In this document: positions 45,206 to 60,660 of the stretch, in pieces
Numbering within the stretch: the first letter of the stretch is position 1
Layout: each line of letters begins with the position of its first letter
Source of the DNA: Eledone cirrhosa
Lineage: Eukaryota
NCBI GenBank assembly: GCA_964016885.1
Contig: OZ024747.1
Span: 69,006,001-69,070,000 of the forward strand
Reading direction: 5' to 3'
DNA: 64,000 nt
Position numbers and translations under genes: made by a program
The notes under the pieces: generated by a model
What the model saw: only the letters and a program-made list of their open reading frames with translations
What the model was told of the DNA's origin: nothing
Database searches by the model: none

Positions 45206-47859
45206 CAGTGATTCTCAACCAGTTTGCTGCGAGATCTTCCTATGTGTACCGCGAAATTTTGAGCGGCTTACTAAGAAAATGCCTATGACTGCTAGTCTGT
45301 GTCTACGGTTGTATGCCGTCTATGACTAGTCTGTGTCTCCGGTTGTATGCCGTCTATGACTAGTCTGTGTCTACGGTTGTATGCCGTCTATGACTTGTCT
45401 GTGTCTACGGTTGTATGCCGTCTATGACTAGTCTGTGTCTACGGTTGTATGCCGTCTATGACTAGTCTGTGTCTCCGGTTGTATGCCGTCTATGACTAGT
45501 CTGTGTCTACGGTTGTATGCCGTCTATGACTTGTCTGTGTCTACGGTTGTATGCCGTCTATGACTAGTCTGTGTCTACGGTTGTATGCCGTCTATGACTA
45601 GTCTGTGTCTCCGGTTGTATGCCGTCTATGACTAGTCTGTGTCTACGGTTGTATGCCGTCTATGACTTGTCTGTGTCTACGGTTGTATGCCGTCTATGAC
45701 TTGTCTGTGTCTACGGTTGTATGCCGTCTATGACTAGTCTGTGTCTACGGTTGTATGCCGTCTATGACTAGTCTGTGTCTCCGGTTGTATACCGTCTATG
45801 ACTAGTCTGTGTCTCCGGTTGTATGCCGTCTATGACTAGTCTGTGTCTACGGTTGTATGCCGTCTATGACTTGTCTGTGTCTACGGTTGTATGCCGTCTA
45901 TGACTAGTCTGTGTCTCCGGTTGTATACCGTCTATGACTAGTCTGTGTCTCCGGTTGTATGCCGTCTATGACTAGTCTGTGTCTACGGTTGTATACCGTC
46001 TATGACTAGTCTGTGTCTACGGTTGTATGCCGTCTATGACTAGTCTGTGTCTCCGGTTGTATGCCGTCTATGACTAGTCTGTGTCTACGGTTGTATGCCG
46101 TCTATGACTTGTCTGTGTCTACGGTTGTATGCCGTCTATGACTTGTCTGTGTCTACGGTTGTATGCCGTCTATGACTAGTCTGTGTCTACGGTTGTATGC
46201 CGTCTATGACTAGTCTGTGTCTCCGGTTGTATGCCGTCTATGACTAGTCTGTGTCTACGGTTGTATGCCGTCTATGACTTGTCTGTGTCTACGGTTGTAT
46301 GCCGTCTATGACTTGTCTGTGTCTACGGTTGTATGCCGTCTATGACTTGTCTGTGTCTACGGTTGTATGTCGTCTATGACTTGTCTGTGTCTACGGTTGT
46401 ATGCCGTCTATGACTAGTCTGTGTCTACGGTTGTATACCGTCTATGACTTGTCTGTGTCTACGGTTGTATGCCATCTATGACTAGTCTGTGTCTATAGTT
46501 GTATACCGTCTATGACTAGTCTGTGTCTACGGTTGTATGCCGTCTATGACTAGTCTGTGTCTACGGTTGTATGCCATCTATGACTTGTCTGTGTCTACGG
46601 TTGTATGCCATCTATGACTTGTCTGTGTCTACGGTTGTATGTCGTCTATGACTTGTCTGTGTCTACGGTTGTATGCCATCTATGACTTGTCTGTGTCTAC
46701 AGTTGTATACCGTCTATGACTAGTCTGTGTCTACGGTTGTATGCCATCTATGACTTGTCTGTGTCTACGGTTGTATGCCATCTATGACTTGTCTGTGTCT
46801 ACGGTTGTATGCCATCTATGACTTGTCTGTGTCTACGGTTGTATGCCATCTATGACTTGTCTGTGTCTACAGTTGTATACCGTCTATGACTAGTCTGTGT
46901 CTACGGTTGTATGCCATCTATGACTTGTCTGTGTCTACGGTTGTATGCCATCTATGACTTGTCTGTGTCTACAGTTGTATACCGTCTATGACTAGTCTGT
47001 GTCTACGGTTGTATGCCATCTATGACTTGTCTGTGTCTACGGTTGTATGCCATCTATGACTTGTCTGTGTCTACAGTTGTATACCGTCTATGACTAGTCT
47101 GTGTCTACGGTTGTATGCCATCTATGACTTGTCTGTGTCTACGGTTGTATGCCATCTATGACTTGTCTGTGTCTACAGTTGTATACCGTCTATGACTAGT
47201 CTGTGTCTACGGTTGTATGCCATCTATGACTTGTCTGTGTCTACGGTTGTATGTCGTCTATGACTTGTCTGTGTCTACGGTTGTATGCCATCTATGACTT
47301 GTCTGTGTCTACGGTTGTATGTCGTCTATGACTAGTCTGTGTCTACGGTTGTATGTCGTCTATGACTTGTCTGTGCCTACGGTTGTATGTCGTCTATGAC
47401 TTGTCTGTGTCTACGGTTGTATGCCATCTATGACTTGTCTGTGTCTACGGTTGTATGTCGTCTATGACTTGTCTGTGTCTACGGTTGTATGTCGTCTATG
47501 ACTTGTCTGTGTCTACGGTTGTATGTCGTCTATGACTTGTCTGTGTCTACGGTTGTATGCCATCTATGACTTGTCTGTGTCTACGGTTGTATGTCGTCTA
47601 TGACTTGTCTGTGTCTACGGTTGTATGTCGTCTATGACTTGTCTGTGTCTACGGTTGTATGTCGTCTATGACTTGTCTGTGTCTACGGTTGTATGCCATC
47701 TATGACTTGTCTGTGTCTACGGTTGTATGTCGTCTATGACTTGCCATGTTTTTATTTTGTAAAATTCAAATATTTTTCATAATATTTAGCCAGGTGTGCC
47801 GCTATTTTTTCATGTGTTCCAAGGTGTGCCGTTGGCAAAAAAAGGGTTGAGAACCACTG
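45206..47859. mobile_element. hAT/Charlie-like non-autonomous element
   Basis: TIRs cagtgattctcaacc / ggttgagaaccactg; flanks ctctagaa and atatagag resemble the NTCTAGAN 8-bp target; subterminal gtgtRccg motifs. Confidence 0.75.
45292..47742. repeat. 34-bp minisatellite, about 72 units, inside the MITE
   Basis: Unit actWgtctgtgtctMcggttgtatgccgtctatg. Confidence 0.95.
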
Positions 47860-48149
47860 ATATAGAGTCTCGAGTCATGTTAGGCATTCCGAGAAGCCAC
47901 AGTTAGACATAAACATATATCCAGAGTTGACACCGTTCTTACCGAAGATCAGATTTACTTCCCTGAAGTTAGCTTTGCTTTTCATCCATACGGGATCGAT
48001 GAAATAAGGTACTAGTCACGCACTGGGGTCGACGTACTCGATTTTCCCCTACCACAAAATTGCAGGCCTTGTGCCTAAATCAGAAACCCTTATTTAGTCA
48101 ATCATTATACACAATGTAATCTACAATAGGAAGTTTTATATTATTATCT

Positions 48150-48365
48150 ATGGATTGGCAGAATCGGTAGAGCGTCGGGCAACATGCTTAGCGGCATAGA
48201 GTTACGTCCCTTTATGGTCTGAGTTCAAATCCCACCGAGGTTAGCTTTGCCTTTCATCCTTACGGGGTCGATAAAATAAAGTACCAGTAATGCACTGGGG
48301 TCGATTTATTCGACCCCCCCCCCCCCCAAATTGCTGGCCTTGTGCCTATAGTAGAAATCATTATT
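48150..48365 (+). mobile_element. Full-length main-family SINE (partial copy at 47960-48092)
   Basis: All consensus blocks present. Confidence 0.85.
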
Positions 48366-49422
48366 ATCTAGTCTCTTTTGATACTACATAATATAGTCTA
48401 TAGGCAGTTGTATATTATTTATCTAGTCACTACTCTTTATATGTTATGCAGTAAGCAGGCTATTTTCATAGTAGCGGTATTATAGCATTAAACTTCAAAT
48501 ATATGTTTCATTATTAATAAAGAAGTCACTTTTAATTGTTATTTACATTCTATTCTGGGTAAAGCTTCTGTAACTAAAACCCAACTGGAATTTAGCACCG
48601 ACAGAATAATATAATATAGGACATAATAGCCGAAACAAAATAAACAATTTCGGTTAATTCTTTGTTGATAGCAGAAAATCATTCTTCTTTTTCGTATGAT
48701 TTACAGATGGAAGGATAAGATTTTTTTTCTTTTGTTACTGTTGACTGAATATTCTAACATAAAATAGAATATATTCTTAAATCCGTATGGAAATAATAGC
48801 TGTTTAAATGCTGAATCGGCTGCTAAAGTACCTATAGAGAAAAAAAAAAAAGTGTTCTCCTGCTAATCACTATATTGGTGGATACAAGAAATTTACACAA
48901 GAATCGATCTGTTCGTGATTTAAAGCACTATGTGGAGATATTTTTGGAAAGTGGTATTTCTAACTATATTCGTATTCATGTATTTACTATTTTTCCCAAC
49001 AAATCTTCTTTTGTTCCAGTTGAAGTGGCACGCCAATAATTTTTCATTATCTTGTTTTAGAGGAATACAGTGGAATGTTTTATCTACGTAATAGGTGTAA
49101 CACGGCACTAGAGATGGATTTGCTATTTAACTGTTTTACTGCAGGCTCTGTTATCCACGTTGTAGTAGATTTATTTAGGGTAGTACATACAACAGACTGA
49201 TTCTTATATGATTTTTTTTTTGTATAAATATCCGGGTAGTGGCTTTTATGAAAGCAAACCAACTTTTCTTTATTTTATTCACATAGATTTCCCAGTGAAA
49301 TATTCTTAAATTGGATAGCAGTTCTGCTGAGAAAGAATACATTCTATAGGACTGATATAATTAATTTGGTAGTAATACAAAATAAATTGGATGCCAGAAG
49401 TGGTGTAAAAATACGTACGTAC

Positions 49423-49487
<65 letters not shown>

Positions 49488-49596
49488 CATATACGTATAT
49501 ATGTGTAAATGTATATTTGTATGTATGCAGATATGTATATATATATGTAAATGTGCATGTGTTATATTTCGTACGCTTGTATAAATATATATATAT

Positions 49597-49627
<31 letters not shown>

Positions 49628-49815
49628 AATATATATATATGTATACACACATATATATACATATATATATATATATATAAATATATATACACACATACAT
49701 ACATATATATACATATATATATATATATATTAATATGCATCTATATATATATGTACAAATGCATGTGTATATGTATGCATATATGCATGTGTATATGTAT
49801 GCATGTGTATATGTG

Positions 49816-50150
<335 letters not shown>

Positions 50151-50224
50151 ATACTTGGGGAGGGTCATATTTGCGTAATATTGCCAGAATTAATAACAGA
50201 ACACACTCACTGTATATATGCATA

Positions 50225-50277
<53 letters not shown>

Positions 50278-50597
50278 GTATATATATATGTATGTGTGTG
50301 TGTGTGTGTGTGTGTGTATGTATATAACGTACATATAAGATACGTACACATATATTGGAGCGTGTTATAACTAAGATGTATAAGAGACATCTTAACTAGT
50401 ATATACTCCAATACAAATGTTATTTACGTTGCTCCAAGTTAAATAAGATGGATCATTTGACTATAGTCATTGTTTTATCTTTTATATTTTACTTAGTTCC
50501 TGTTATACCCATTATTTATCGAGGCTTATTCGATCTCACACGATAGCAATATTTTCACGCTTGCTGTATATTCTAAATTTTTTCAATTTTACTTTTA

Positions 50598-50936
50598 GAG
50601 TAGAACCTCGGTTCACGAACTTAATTCGTTCCTGAAGGCCGTCGTCAACCGAAATGTTCGTAAGCCGAAGCTATTTTCCCATACGAAATGTTGCGAGAGA
50701 ATACAGTGAGAGTAAGACTCTTTGTAAAAGATAGATAGATATTACTATTGTAACTAACTATACAGCAAGTAGCGCTTTACCACCGAAACGCCCAGCTTAT
50801 CGCCAACCGTTGCTGCCGACTTGCGTGTTCATTATTCGAGACACCATTCGTCAACCGAGACTTTTTATGTTCGTAAAAATTATTGGTGAACTGATTTGTT
50901 CGTAATGATAGGCGTTCGTGAACCAAGGTTACACTG
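50598..50936. mobile_element. Tigger/pogo-like MITE
   Basis: TA|gagtagaacctcggttcacgaac ... gttcgtgaaccaaggttacactg|TA; internal ttcgt.aaccga repeats. Confidence 0.75.
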
Positions 50937-51540
50937 TATATATATATATATATTTGTATGCATGTTGTCATAAAGGGGTCACCAAAAGGGTCAGCTATTT
51001 TCGATATCAAGCGGTTACTTAGATTTACTTGAAGTTGAGAAAAATTAATTGGAAGTAGACAGTTACAATTCTGTTTTGCCACCAATTTCTCCTTCATGTA
51101 TAAACATTTTAGACTACTTCGCACAACTGAAAGGGAATTCCCCCCATATATATATATATATATATATATTATAAAATACACGTAAACTACTTTAAATCAA
51201 TCTACCTCGATAGGTTGTAGAATAAAAGAGAATATGTACAGAAAACAGAAAACACCCCAAACAGGGGAAAGATAAGAACATTAAATAGTCAATATGGAAA
51301 CAGAATAAATCGGATGATTGTCTCAGCTTGCTTTGTAAGATTACAGGTAATGTAAAGAACAGTTATACGAAAGATAGGAGAAAGGTTACTTCCAAGTCAA
51401 TATACGAACAATAAGTTGAGGCCTTTAAGTGGTAACTCAACTATATTAAAAAAAGAGAAACACGTTGAATGATATATATCAAGACCTTGATAGATAATGC
51501 CCGAGAAAAGGGTGGAAGGGTTATGGCTGATACTGCACTG

Positions 51541-51649
51541 GGTTAGGGCTGAGCTGGAGCTGAGCTGGAGCTGAGCTGGAGCTGAGCTGGAGCTGAGCTG
51601 GGGCTGAGCTGGGGCTGAGCTGGGGCTGAGCCGGGGCTGAGCTGGGGTT
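51541..51649 (+). repeat. 11-bp minisatellite (GGRGCTGAGCT), about 9 units
   Basis: Direct inspection. Confidence 0.9.
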
Positions 51650-52481
51650 AAACAAGAAAAGAATGTTTCGTTAGAAATAGATAAATGTAAAATAAGAAGA
51701 CAAATGCATTTCTATGAACTCAAAATAGATTAAAAAATAAACAAAAGAATTCTAAAGCAATACGGCAGTATTTGTTATTAAGTTGGTAATGTTAATATTT
51801 CAGCTCGGCATTTAACAGTTAAGCACTAGAATCACATGCTTAAACATGCGTTAATGTAGATCTGGGATGCATATGCACAAGTAATTGTATATTGTTTTTC
51901 CTAGTTAACATTTTGTATTTGCTGTATGTATGAACCTGCAGCCCTTGGAAGAGTCGTAGTGGCGCCATAGTGAAATACGGTGTTTTGTGGGGTAACACTC
52001 TAACGACCTTGCCAATTCGCCGTCTGCTCTTCCTTATAGTTTTAAGTATTCTGATAATTTGGGGAGAACTGTAACATTCATACGTTTCTATATAATGTTA
52101 GTTACTTGATCGATGCTTTTCCGTTTATGAATAGAAGAAAGTGTTATGGAGACTATTGTTGTACGCCATTTAGCACAGGATAGCGAAGAGGATTTGAAAA
52201 TCATGTTTGTCTTGAAGATATAGGCATTGTAAGAGAACTATTATCAGAATTATTTCTAGTATTGACACACAGTCAGATTATATTAACCATAGGACTTGAC
52301 TGGTAGTTTATTTTATTGACCCTTAAGAATAAATGACAAATAACGGTTGCGAGTGATAACATATTTAATACAGGGAATATTAAAAATCCAACCAAAAATA
52401 TTTGCGGAAAAATATACAAAGAGACAGTTAGATAGGACGAGACAGGGTGAAAGAAATAGAATGAGGGAATTCAGACAGTAA

Positions 52482-52552
<71 letters not shown>

Positions 52553-52958
52553 GACGAAGGGGAGAAAGAGGGAGAGAGAGAGAGAGATGGGACGAAGGGA
52601 GAGAAAGAGGAAAGAGAGATGGGGAGATAGAGAGAGAGACAGAGAGAGGGGGAAGAGTGAGAAAGAGGGAGAGAGAGAGGGAAGACTGAGAAAGAGGGAG
52701 TGAGGGTGACAGAACGATACACTGTTGATATATGAGGAGAAATCCGAGTACATATTGTTCAACTGAATTAATTATTATAAATTAAATTGAATTATTGATA
52801 AGCGAAACGATTATAACTTTTAATAGGGATGTTTATGTTTTTCTTTTCTATAAACATAATATCACTTTCAAATACCTGTTGGTGTTTCTTTACTTTTTTT
52901 GAGTGTGAGTCAGTCAGTCTGGTTGTCATCACATGTGAATTATATATATATATATATA

Positions 52959-53149
52959 GGAAAAAGTATGACCCCGACGGCAGAGCTCAAGCCGTTTCGA
53001 CGGCTATTTCTGGAGTCCAGAAAGAGCCGTCGAAACGGCTTCAGCTCTGCCGTCGAGGTCATACCTTTTCCTATTACCCACTCTACTACCCTAAATATTG
53101 AGTACTCTGGTGCGTTATGGTCCATCTGGTTCCTTACCACAATTCCTTC

Positions 53150-53152
<3 letters not shown>
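52959..53152 (+). mobile_element. Family A pLTR fold-back plus tail, (TA)n both sides
   Basis: Palindrome centred on ctgga-g-tccag; tail atattgagtac. Confidence 0.8.
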
Positions 53153-53207
<55 letters not shown>

Positions 53208-53210
<3 letters not shown>

Positions 53211-54372
53211 ATAATAATAAATTAGAAGACTAAAATCCAAAGAGGGCTCGATAAGGATAAATATATATCAAATATATAAGAACCGTAGAGCAAATATTTA
53301 TTAAAATAACAGATTAAAGTTTAAGCAAAGAATCGCTGCTTTCACCCTTAACGGGATCTTCTGAAACTAACAAAGTCAATCTGTAAACGCAGAAGTGGAT
53401 ATTTCAAAAAACGTTGCAACCGGAGGAAGACAGGAAGACGATACTTTGGTTCGTGGAAACGTTCCCTGGCAAAGAACGGGAAAAAACGAATATAATACGT
53501 CATTAATAGGAGCGGTGAAAAACAATTACGCGCAAAGACAGAACCACATTTATGGTATAAAAGAGGTCATAGACTAATGTTCTCTTAGGTGGTTCATAGA
53601 GACGTTCTCTGGCAATGAACGAAAGAAACGAAGATAATACGTCATATGTGAAGCGTGGAGAACAATGGCACGCAAAAACAAAACCACGTAAATGGTATAG
53701 CTGAAGTCGTAGACTAAAATTCCAAGTATGTGACCGAATGAATCTCCGCGTCAGAGTTAAGAACAAAGTAAATAAATACAATACAGAAGTAATAGAAATT
53801 AAATAAATACATACACGCATACAAATACGTACATATACAAGCATACGCGAAAACACTTACCATAGGTATACAAAACCACGCACATATAAATATGTGTGTG
53901 TGTGTATGCGTGTAAACAAATAAATAAATAATTAAATAAACGTATATAAATAAATAAATCCGTATATAACAAGCGCACACACATACCTACATGTAAATAC
54001 ACAAATGTTCGGAGACGTAAGTCAACCAAAACATGAAGTACACATATACACACACCCTACATACGTACGAACCTGCATACTCACACAGACGCAAAACTCC
54101 CGTATACACATAACCAAACCATATGTACCAGAATATATAAAATTATACGCCGTAACATATACAATCAAATATACGTACGAGAAGGTATACGTACCTTCAC
54201 AAAACATACAGGTAATATATACTTACCTATACAAATAAGTAATGGTATAAACAAAACATATACTTAGCTACCACATCAAGACGTAAAATATCCACGTATA
54301 GATCGTACTATCCGTTAGGGTATAACGTGGGGCTGTAATACAGGAAAGTTTTGTGCAATTTATGTTTAATAA
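53208..54372 (-). mobile_element. Family J long 3' fragment with tail, (TA)n both sides
   Basis: Contains the J arm (53300-53369) and tail hairpin gctc-ta...ta-TC-gagc at 53246-53291; upstream extent inferred from the (TA)n boundary. Confidence 0.5.
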
Positions 54373-54397
54373 ATATATATATATATGTATATATATA

Positions 54398-54436
<39 letters not shown>

Positions 54437-55865
54437 TTATATATGTGTGTACACACATACACATATATATATATATCTAATATTTGTATTTATTTTACAA
54501 GATTCTTGATGTGAAATCACGTATTGAAACATATATTGTTTTAGTTGGCAGTGTGGCCCTCCCAAAGTACAACAATATAAATATGAATATATATATATAT
54601 ATCACACACACATATATATAGGTATATATATATATATATGAATGCACACACATACACATACACATACATATATATGTGTATCTGTGCGTTTAAGTCTATA
54701 TATGTATGCATGTATATCTGAATATACATACATACATACATACGCACGAAATTTTGTATATAAGTACGTTCGTATGTTATAGAACTAAAGTGACGATCAC
54801 ACGTCCGGTTGGGACCAGTTTAATATTGACTTTTTCGAAAACTTGCATGCATTGCTTTCTATCTTAAGGTAGATCAAAAATCAATCTTTATATCATCTAA
54901 AGGGAAATCAAAGAATACACCCACCCCACTGAGAAATAACTGAAGCCATGTTCATAAATTTAGAATCCTCGTCTTTCTGCAAACAAGTTTCCAGAATATC
55001 ACCTTCAATTTTATAACACGCATGGACGCCTGCAAGATTTGATGTCGTAACACCTCACAACTAACCCATGCAGCGAATATGAACAGTGTGGTGCCATTGC
55101 TCACGTTAGATTTGTTTTTAATAAGAAATGTTTTGAATAGATCCTTTAATACTCGTGTAAGTCAACAATGAAAATGTCGGATAGAGCATGGCTTTGGTAC
55201 TGTAATTATTTTATTTATTTTCAAACATAAAGAAATCTATAAGAGTTCTGCTCAGAACTTTTGTGTTATTCAATCAGATGTATGATCTTTATTTCTGTTT
55301 CAAATGTAAGCTTACATATGTATGTATTTATGCATATATTTATGCATATATTTATGCATGCATTCATGTATGTATGTATGTATGTATGTATGTATGTATG
55401 TATGTATGTATGTATGTATGTATGTATAATGTTTAACTATGTGTGTGTTTAATGACTAAGCTTGGATTAAAGAATACACATTACTCTCTTTGAAAAACTA
55501 ACTAAAAGGGTGAACATACAAAAATAAAATATGAATGTCCAATGTGGACCGGAAATTTCATTGGCATAACATAAGTTTACATTCAATTTAGTGAAGGCGC
55601 GTGGCTTAGTGGTTAGAGAATTGGATTCTCAATTGTGAGGTTGCGAATTCGATTCCTGGACAGATTGATGCGTTATGTCCTTGAGCAAGATACTTTATTT
55701 CTCATTGCTTTTCTACCAGGAGTTGCAGCCTGTAGATAGTATCAGCAATGGAAAGACCAATGGAAACATTGTTTCCTTGGTCCTATTTGACGAGTTCCAC
55801 TCCACTCAGTAAGTGAGTGAGGTCTGGGATCTTGTCTGGGATCTTGTGACACACACACACACACA

Positions 55866-55925
<60 letters not shown>

Positions 55926-57486
55926 AAAGGATAATACTTTTAAGCTGTCTTGCTTATCATCTCACATTGTATTTTATTAACACATGGTTCGAGTTGCATT
56001 GTTTTGCTTTGAGTCCTCAATTGTTAATGGTGTCATAGGAGCGATGTCGTGACAAACAAATGAGTCTGTAAGTTGTTGCTTGACCTGCCAAATATCTCCC
56101 CAAATCACATTACCGTTATAAAAAAAAAGGACACACAGAATAATGTGGTCTGGATTATCTGCTTATAAAAAAAATACGGGAAAGTCACAGAAAGAATGCC
56201 TTTGATCATAGGTCTGCCGTATGAGTGCCGGATTAAATGTTTGTAGCATTTGTTCCTACTCTCTGCACTCTTCTCTCTGAGTTCAAATCAGCAGAAGTAA
56301 ACTTTGACAAATAAAATATCAATACATTGCGGTGAATTGTCGGACGTGATACCTTGCAGTGTGGCTTATGATCCTTTGCGTTCTAGGTTCGCCGTGATAT
56401 CTCTGGTGCAAATCACTATCAGCCCTTATCTTTCCTTTGGACAACATTGTTGCCACGGAGAGGAGAGAATCATATACTGGTTTTCGATAAAACCCAGTCC
56501 AGGTCCAGCTTTATAGATGAACTTTCCAAGTGCAGACCCATAGTCTCACTAGATATACAGAGGCCTCGAATATAGGTAGGTCATTCATCTCACATCCTAT
56601 ATTTAGTTCCATCTCCGCCACATACACATACATACAAATCTCATACTTTATGGGTAAATAATAGTTATGTCCCTTTACTTAACGTATCTCTTATACATGA
56701 AATGCGTAGATACCATTTTACTGGAGATAGAAATAAGATATATTAAATGTCTATTCTCATATAAGAAAAAATAAAATAAAATAAAATAAAATAAAACGGC
56801 AGCAAGTCCAGAAAAATGGTAGAAAACATTCAGAAGTAAATCGATGAATAGTATGTAGAAAATGGTGCAGAGTGAAGGATAAGAAGCAATATTGCTTTTA
56901 AATAGAATTCTTTGTACTACTATCTCTTGATCTTTAACATTTCCATCGGTGAGAATATATTTAAAGTGTCTAATGTTTAAAAATGTATCTTATTGGTGGT
57001 GTTGGCGGTCAGTTATAGAGCTCTTTGTGTCTTATGTCCCTCTCTATTTACCTAATTTTCAGGTTTTGATGGATTAATTATTAAGAGAAAACGTTTTCAT
57101 GGCTCTTGTAGTGTACTAAAGAATCATAATTTCAAAAAAAAAAAAATATATATAAAAGAAGTATAAACAAATAAAACGATAAAATAAAGTAAATAGTAGT
57201 TTTGTTTATTGGCATCGCCGGCGCCGCTGGTGGTGGTGGTGCTGCTGCTGCTGCTGCTATAACTGCCATTATTGCTTCTCTATCTCTACTACTGCTGCCG
57301 ATGATGTTATCTTTTGTGTTCTTTTGTTCTAGCAATACCTCACTGTAAACACATTAAGCTGACCTGGAATGATGTTTCTCTTACATAGAACTGAAGTGTT
57401 GAAATGCACGCCTCCCCCTCCTCCTTCTACTGGGTAGCTTTATAATTTTCTCCTTTTTAATCGCTCGCTCTTTACATGACTGCACT

Positions 57487-57517
<31 letters not shown>

Positions 57518-57817
57518 AGGATAGGGAGAGAGAGAGGAGAGCGAGAGAGAGAGGAGAGCGAGAGAGGGAGGAGAGGGAGAGTGTGTGTGAGAGACAGAAA
57601 GGGAACACACACACACGCGCATATATATATATATATATGTATATATATATCGTTATATATTGTTATATATATTGTTATATTTGAGGAGGGTCATATTGTT
57701 ATAATATTGCCAGAAATATATAATAAAACACACTCATTGTTTGGTTTGGATTCGTTTTCGCTTCTGTATATTTTATATCCCCATAGTTAATTTAGCTTCC
57801 AAAACAAATTCATCACC

Positions 57818-57874
<57 letters not shown>

Positions 57875-58277
57875 AAGATGTGTGTGTGTGTGTGTGTGTA
57901 CATATATATATGTTAGACTGGTACTTTATTCTATCGATCCATAAAGACTGAAAGGTAAAGTTGACCATGGTGGCATAATTTGAACTCAGAGTGCAGAAAA
58001 CCAGAACAAATACTATAAGGCATTTAGTCATCTACTCTAACAGCTCCGACAATTCGGTGTCTATAATGAGTATAACGAGGAAGGAAAAAGTACTCTGAGG
58101 TAAAACTCTCAAGGATGCAAACAGCGTCTCTTTCAAGCAAAGTGAAACATTTCAGATTTCAACTGATATATATTCGTCACATGAGTGGGAGATACTAGTC
58201 CAAACAGTCTGCAGATTTACATGGTAATTAAACAGATAATAAATCGAACAATGTCATTTTGTTATGTGAACGTCGTT

Positions 58278-58461
58278 TTGGCAGTATCGGTAGAGGTGTC
58301 GGACGCCATGCTTTGACACATAGAGTTACGGCCCTTGCCATTCTGAGTTCAAATCCCGCCGAGGTTAACTTTGCCTTTCATCCTTACGGGGTCGATAAAA
58401 TAAAGTACCAGTAATGTACTGGGTAATTGCTGACCTTGTGCCTAAAGTAGAAACAATTATT
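58278..58461 (+). mobile_element. Main-family SINE (further diverged copies at 40090-40200 -, 44785-44925 +, 57915-58060 -)
   Basis: Very similar to 15385-15582. Confidence 0.85.
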
Positions 58462-59687
58462 TCAATTTCAGTTCTTTTACCTTCACTTTACGTTTTCTTC
58501 TTTTCTTTCTGTTCATAAATTTATGTGAATAGTTACAAATGTGAAGACCTTTATAATGAAGGACTGATCAACTTGTTTAGAGCAGAAAAACCGTGAGATA
58601 TGTGGAAATGAAATTATCTGGGTGCAGTTTGTTTTCAGGCAGATGGACATAACACAAAACTAGTAGAGTTTTAGTTTATAGAATTTAAAAAAAATGATTA
58701 AAGAACATCTGAAACTGAAAATGACAAAACTATTTATTTTAGTTGTACAGAACCGACATGATACCAGAAGTAGATACAATCTGTTGCTTGGTTTCATCAA
58801 TTCAATCGATGAATTTTTATATCACAAAAGGTATTTCTCGTTGAAGGAAATGACATTAGAACAAATTAGCCTGACTAGGTTTCTTTTCACTAGCGAGGAG
58901 GATACATTTTAAAAGTAGAGAACATATATATATATCCTATTAAAAGTCGATAACTTAGCAACAAGCTGTTGTTGTTTAGCCCCAAATCAACTCTAATTAA
59001 ATAAACCCATGATCAAAAATATTCCAACCATTATAATCCCGTTTTCTTTTCTTCGGACATGCACATTTGAAACTATAATTCAGGAGTCCTTTCTATTTTT
59101 AAGACTGTAGGTGTGTAATTTTAAGGGAATTCTGTCTTTTATATCTACCATATCCAGAGACCACGTGGTACTCGCTCGCCGGTTTGTATTGTTACTGGGT
59201 ACATAATTGAAGATATGGATTTATCTGTCAATGTTTTGTGGTATTTCATTTAGCAGCAGACTTATGGGAGAAGACTTATGGGAGCACCAACAAATACAAA
59301 AATAAAAGAAAGTTATTCTACTGAAGGAAACAAGGTGAAAAATGAATCACCCAGGTGGGATTAACAACAAAATCTACTTAGGTGCATTTGAACTCAAAAT
59401 GTAAAATGGAGTAAAAACAATATGAAAAAGCTCTATGGATCAATGTCCTAATTGCAAGGATTTCTGCATAATATACATTATATATATACACATATATATA
59501 TATGAATATATGTTTGTATGTATGTGTGTGTAGGTGTGTGTATATGTGCAATCTTTTATGAACATATATAGCTTCAGGGGTGAATAAACGGTTAATCGTA
59601 TTGGGTAAATTATATTGGCATGAAACTCAAGGGCCTGGAGTCAATTCTGTAGCATCAGACATGGCTTGTCTGGTGACCCTGTGAATA

Positions 59688-60660
<973 letters not shown>

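Noticed and set aside
51541-51549. Interstitial telomere
   Set aside because: Only one TTAGGG unit.
55595-55670. tRNA gene
   Set aside because: A/B boxes are present but there is no closed acceptor stem; it continues into a SINE body shared with 41820-41995.
57060-57480. Possible exon or UTR with (GCT/GGT)n
   Set aside because: Splice-like sites on both strands but no consistent ORF; low complexity.
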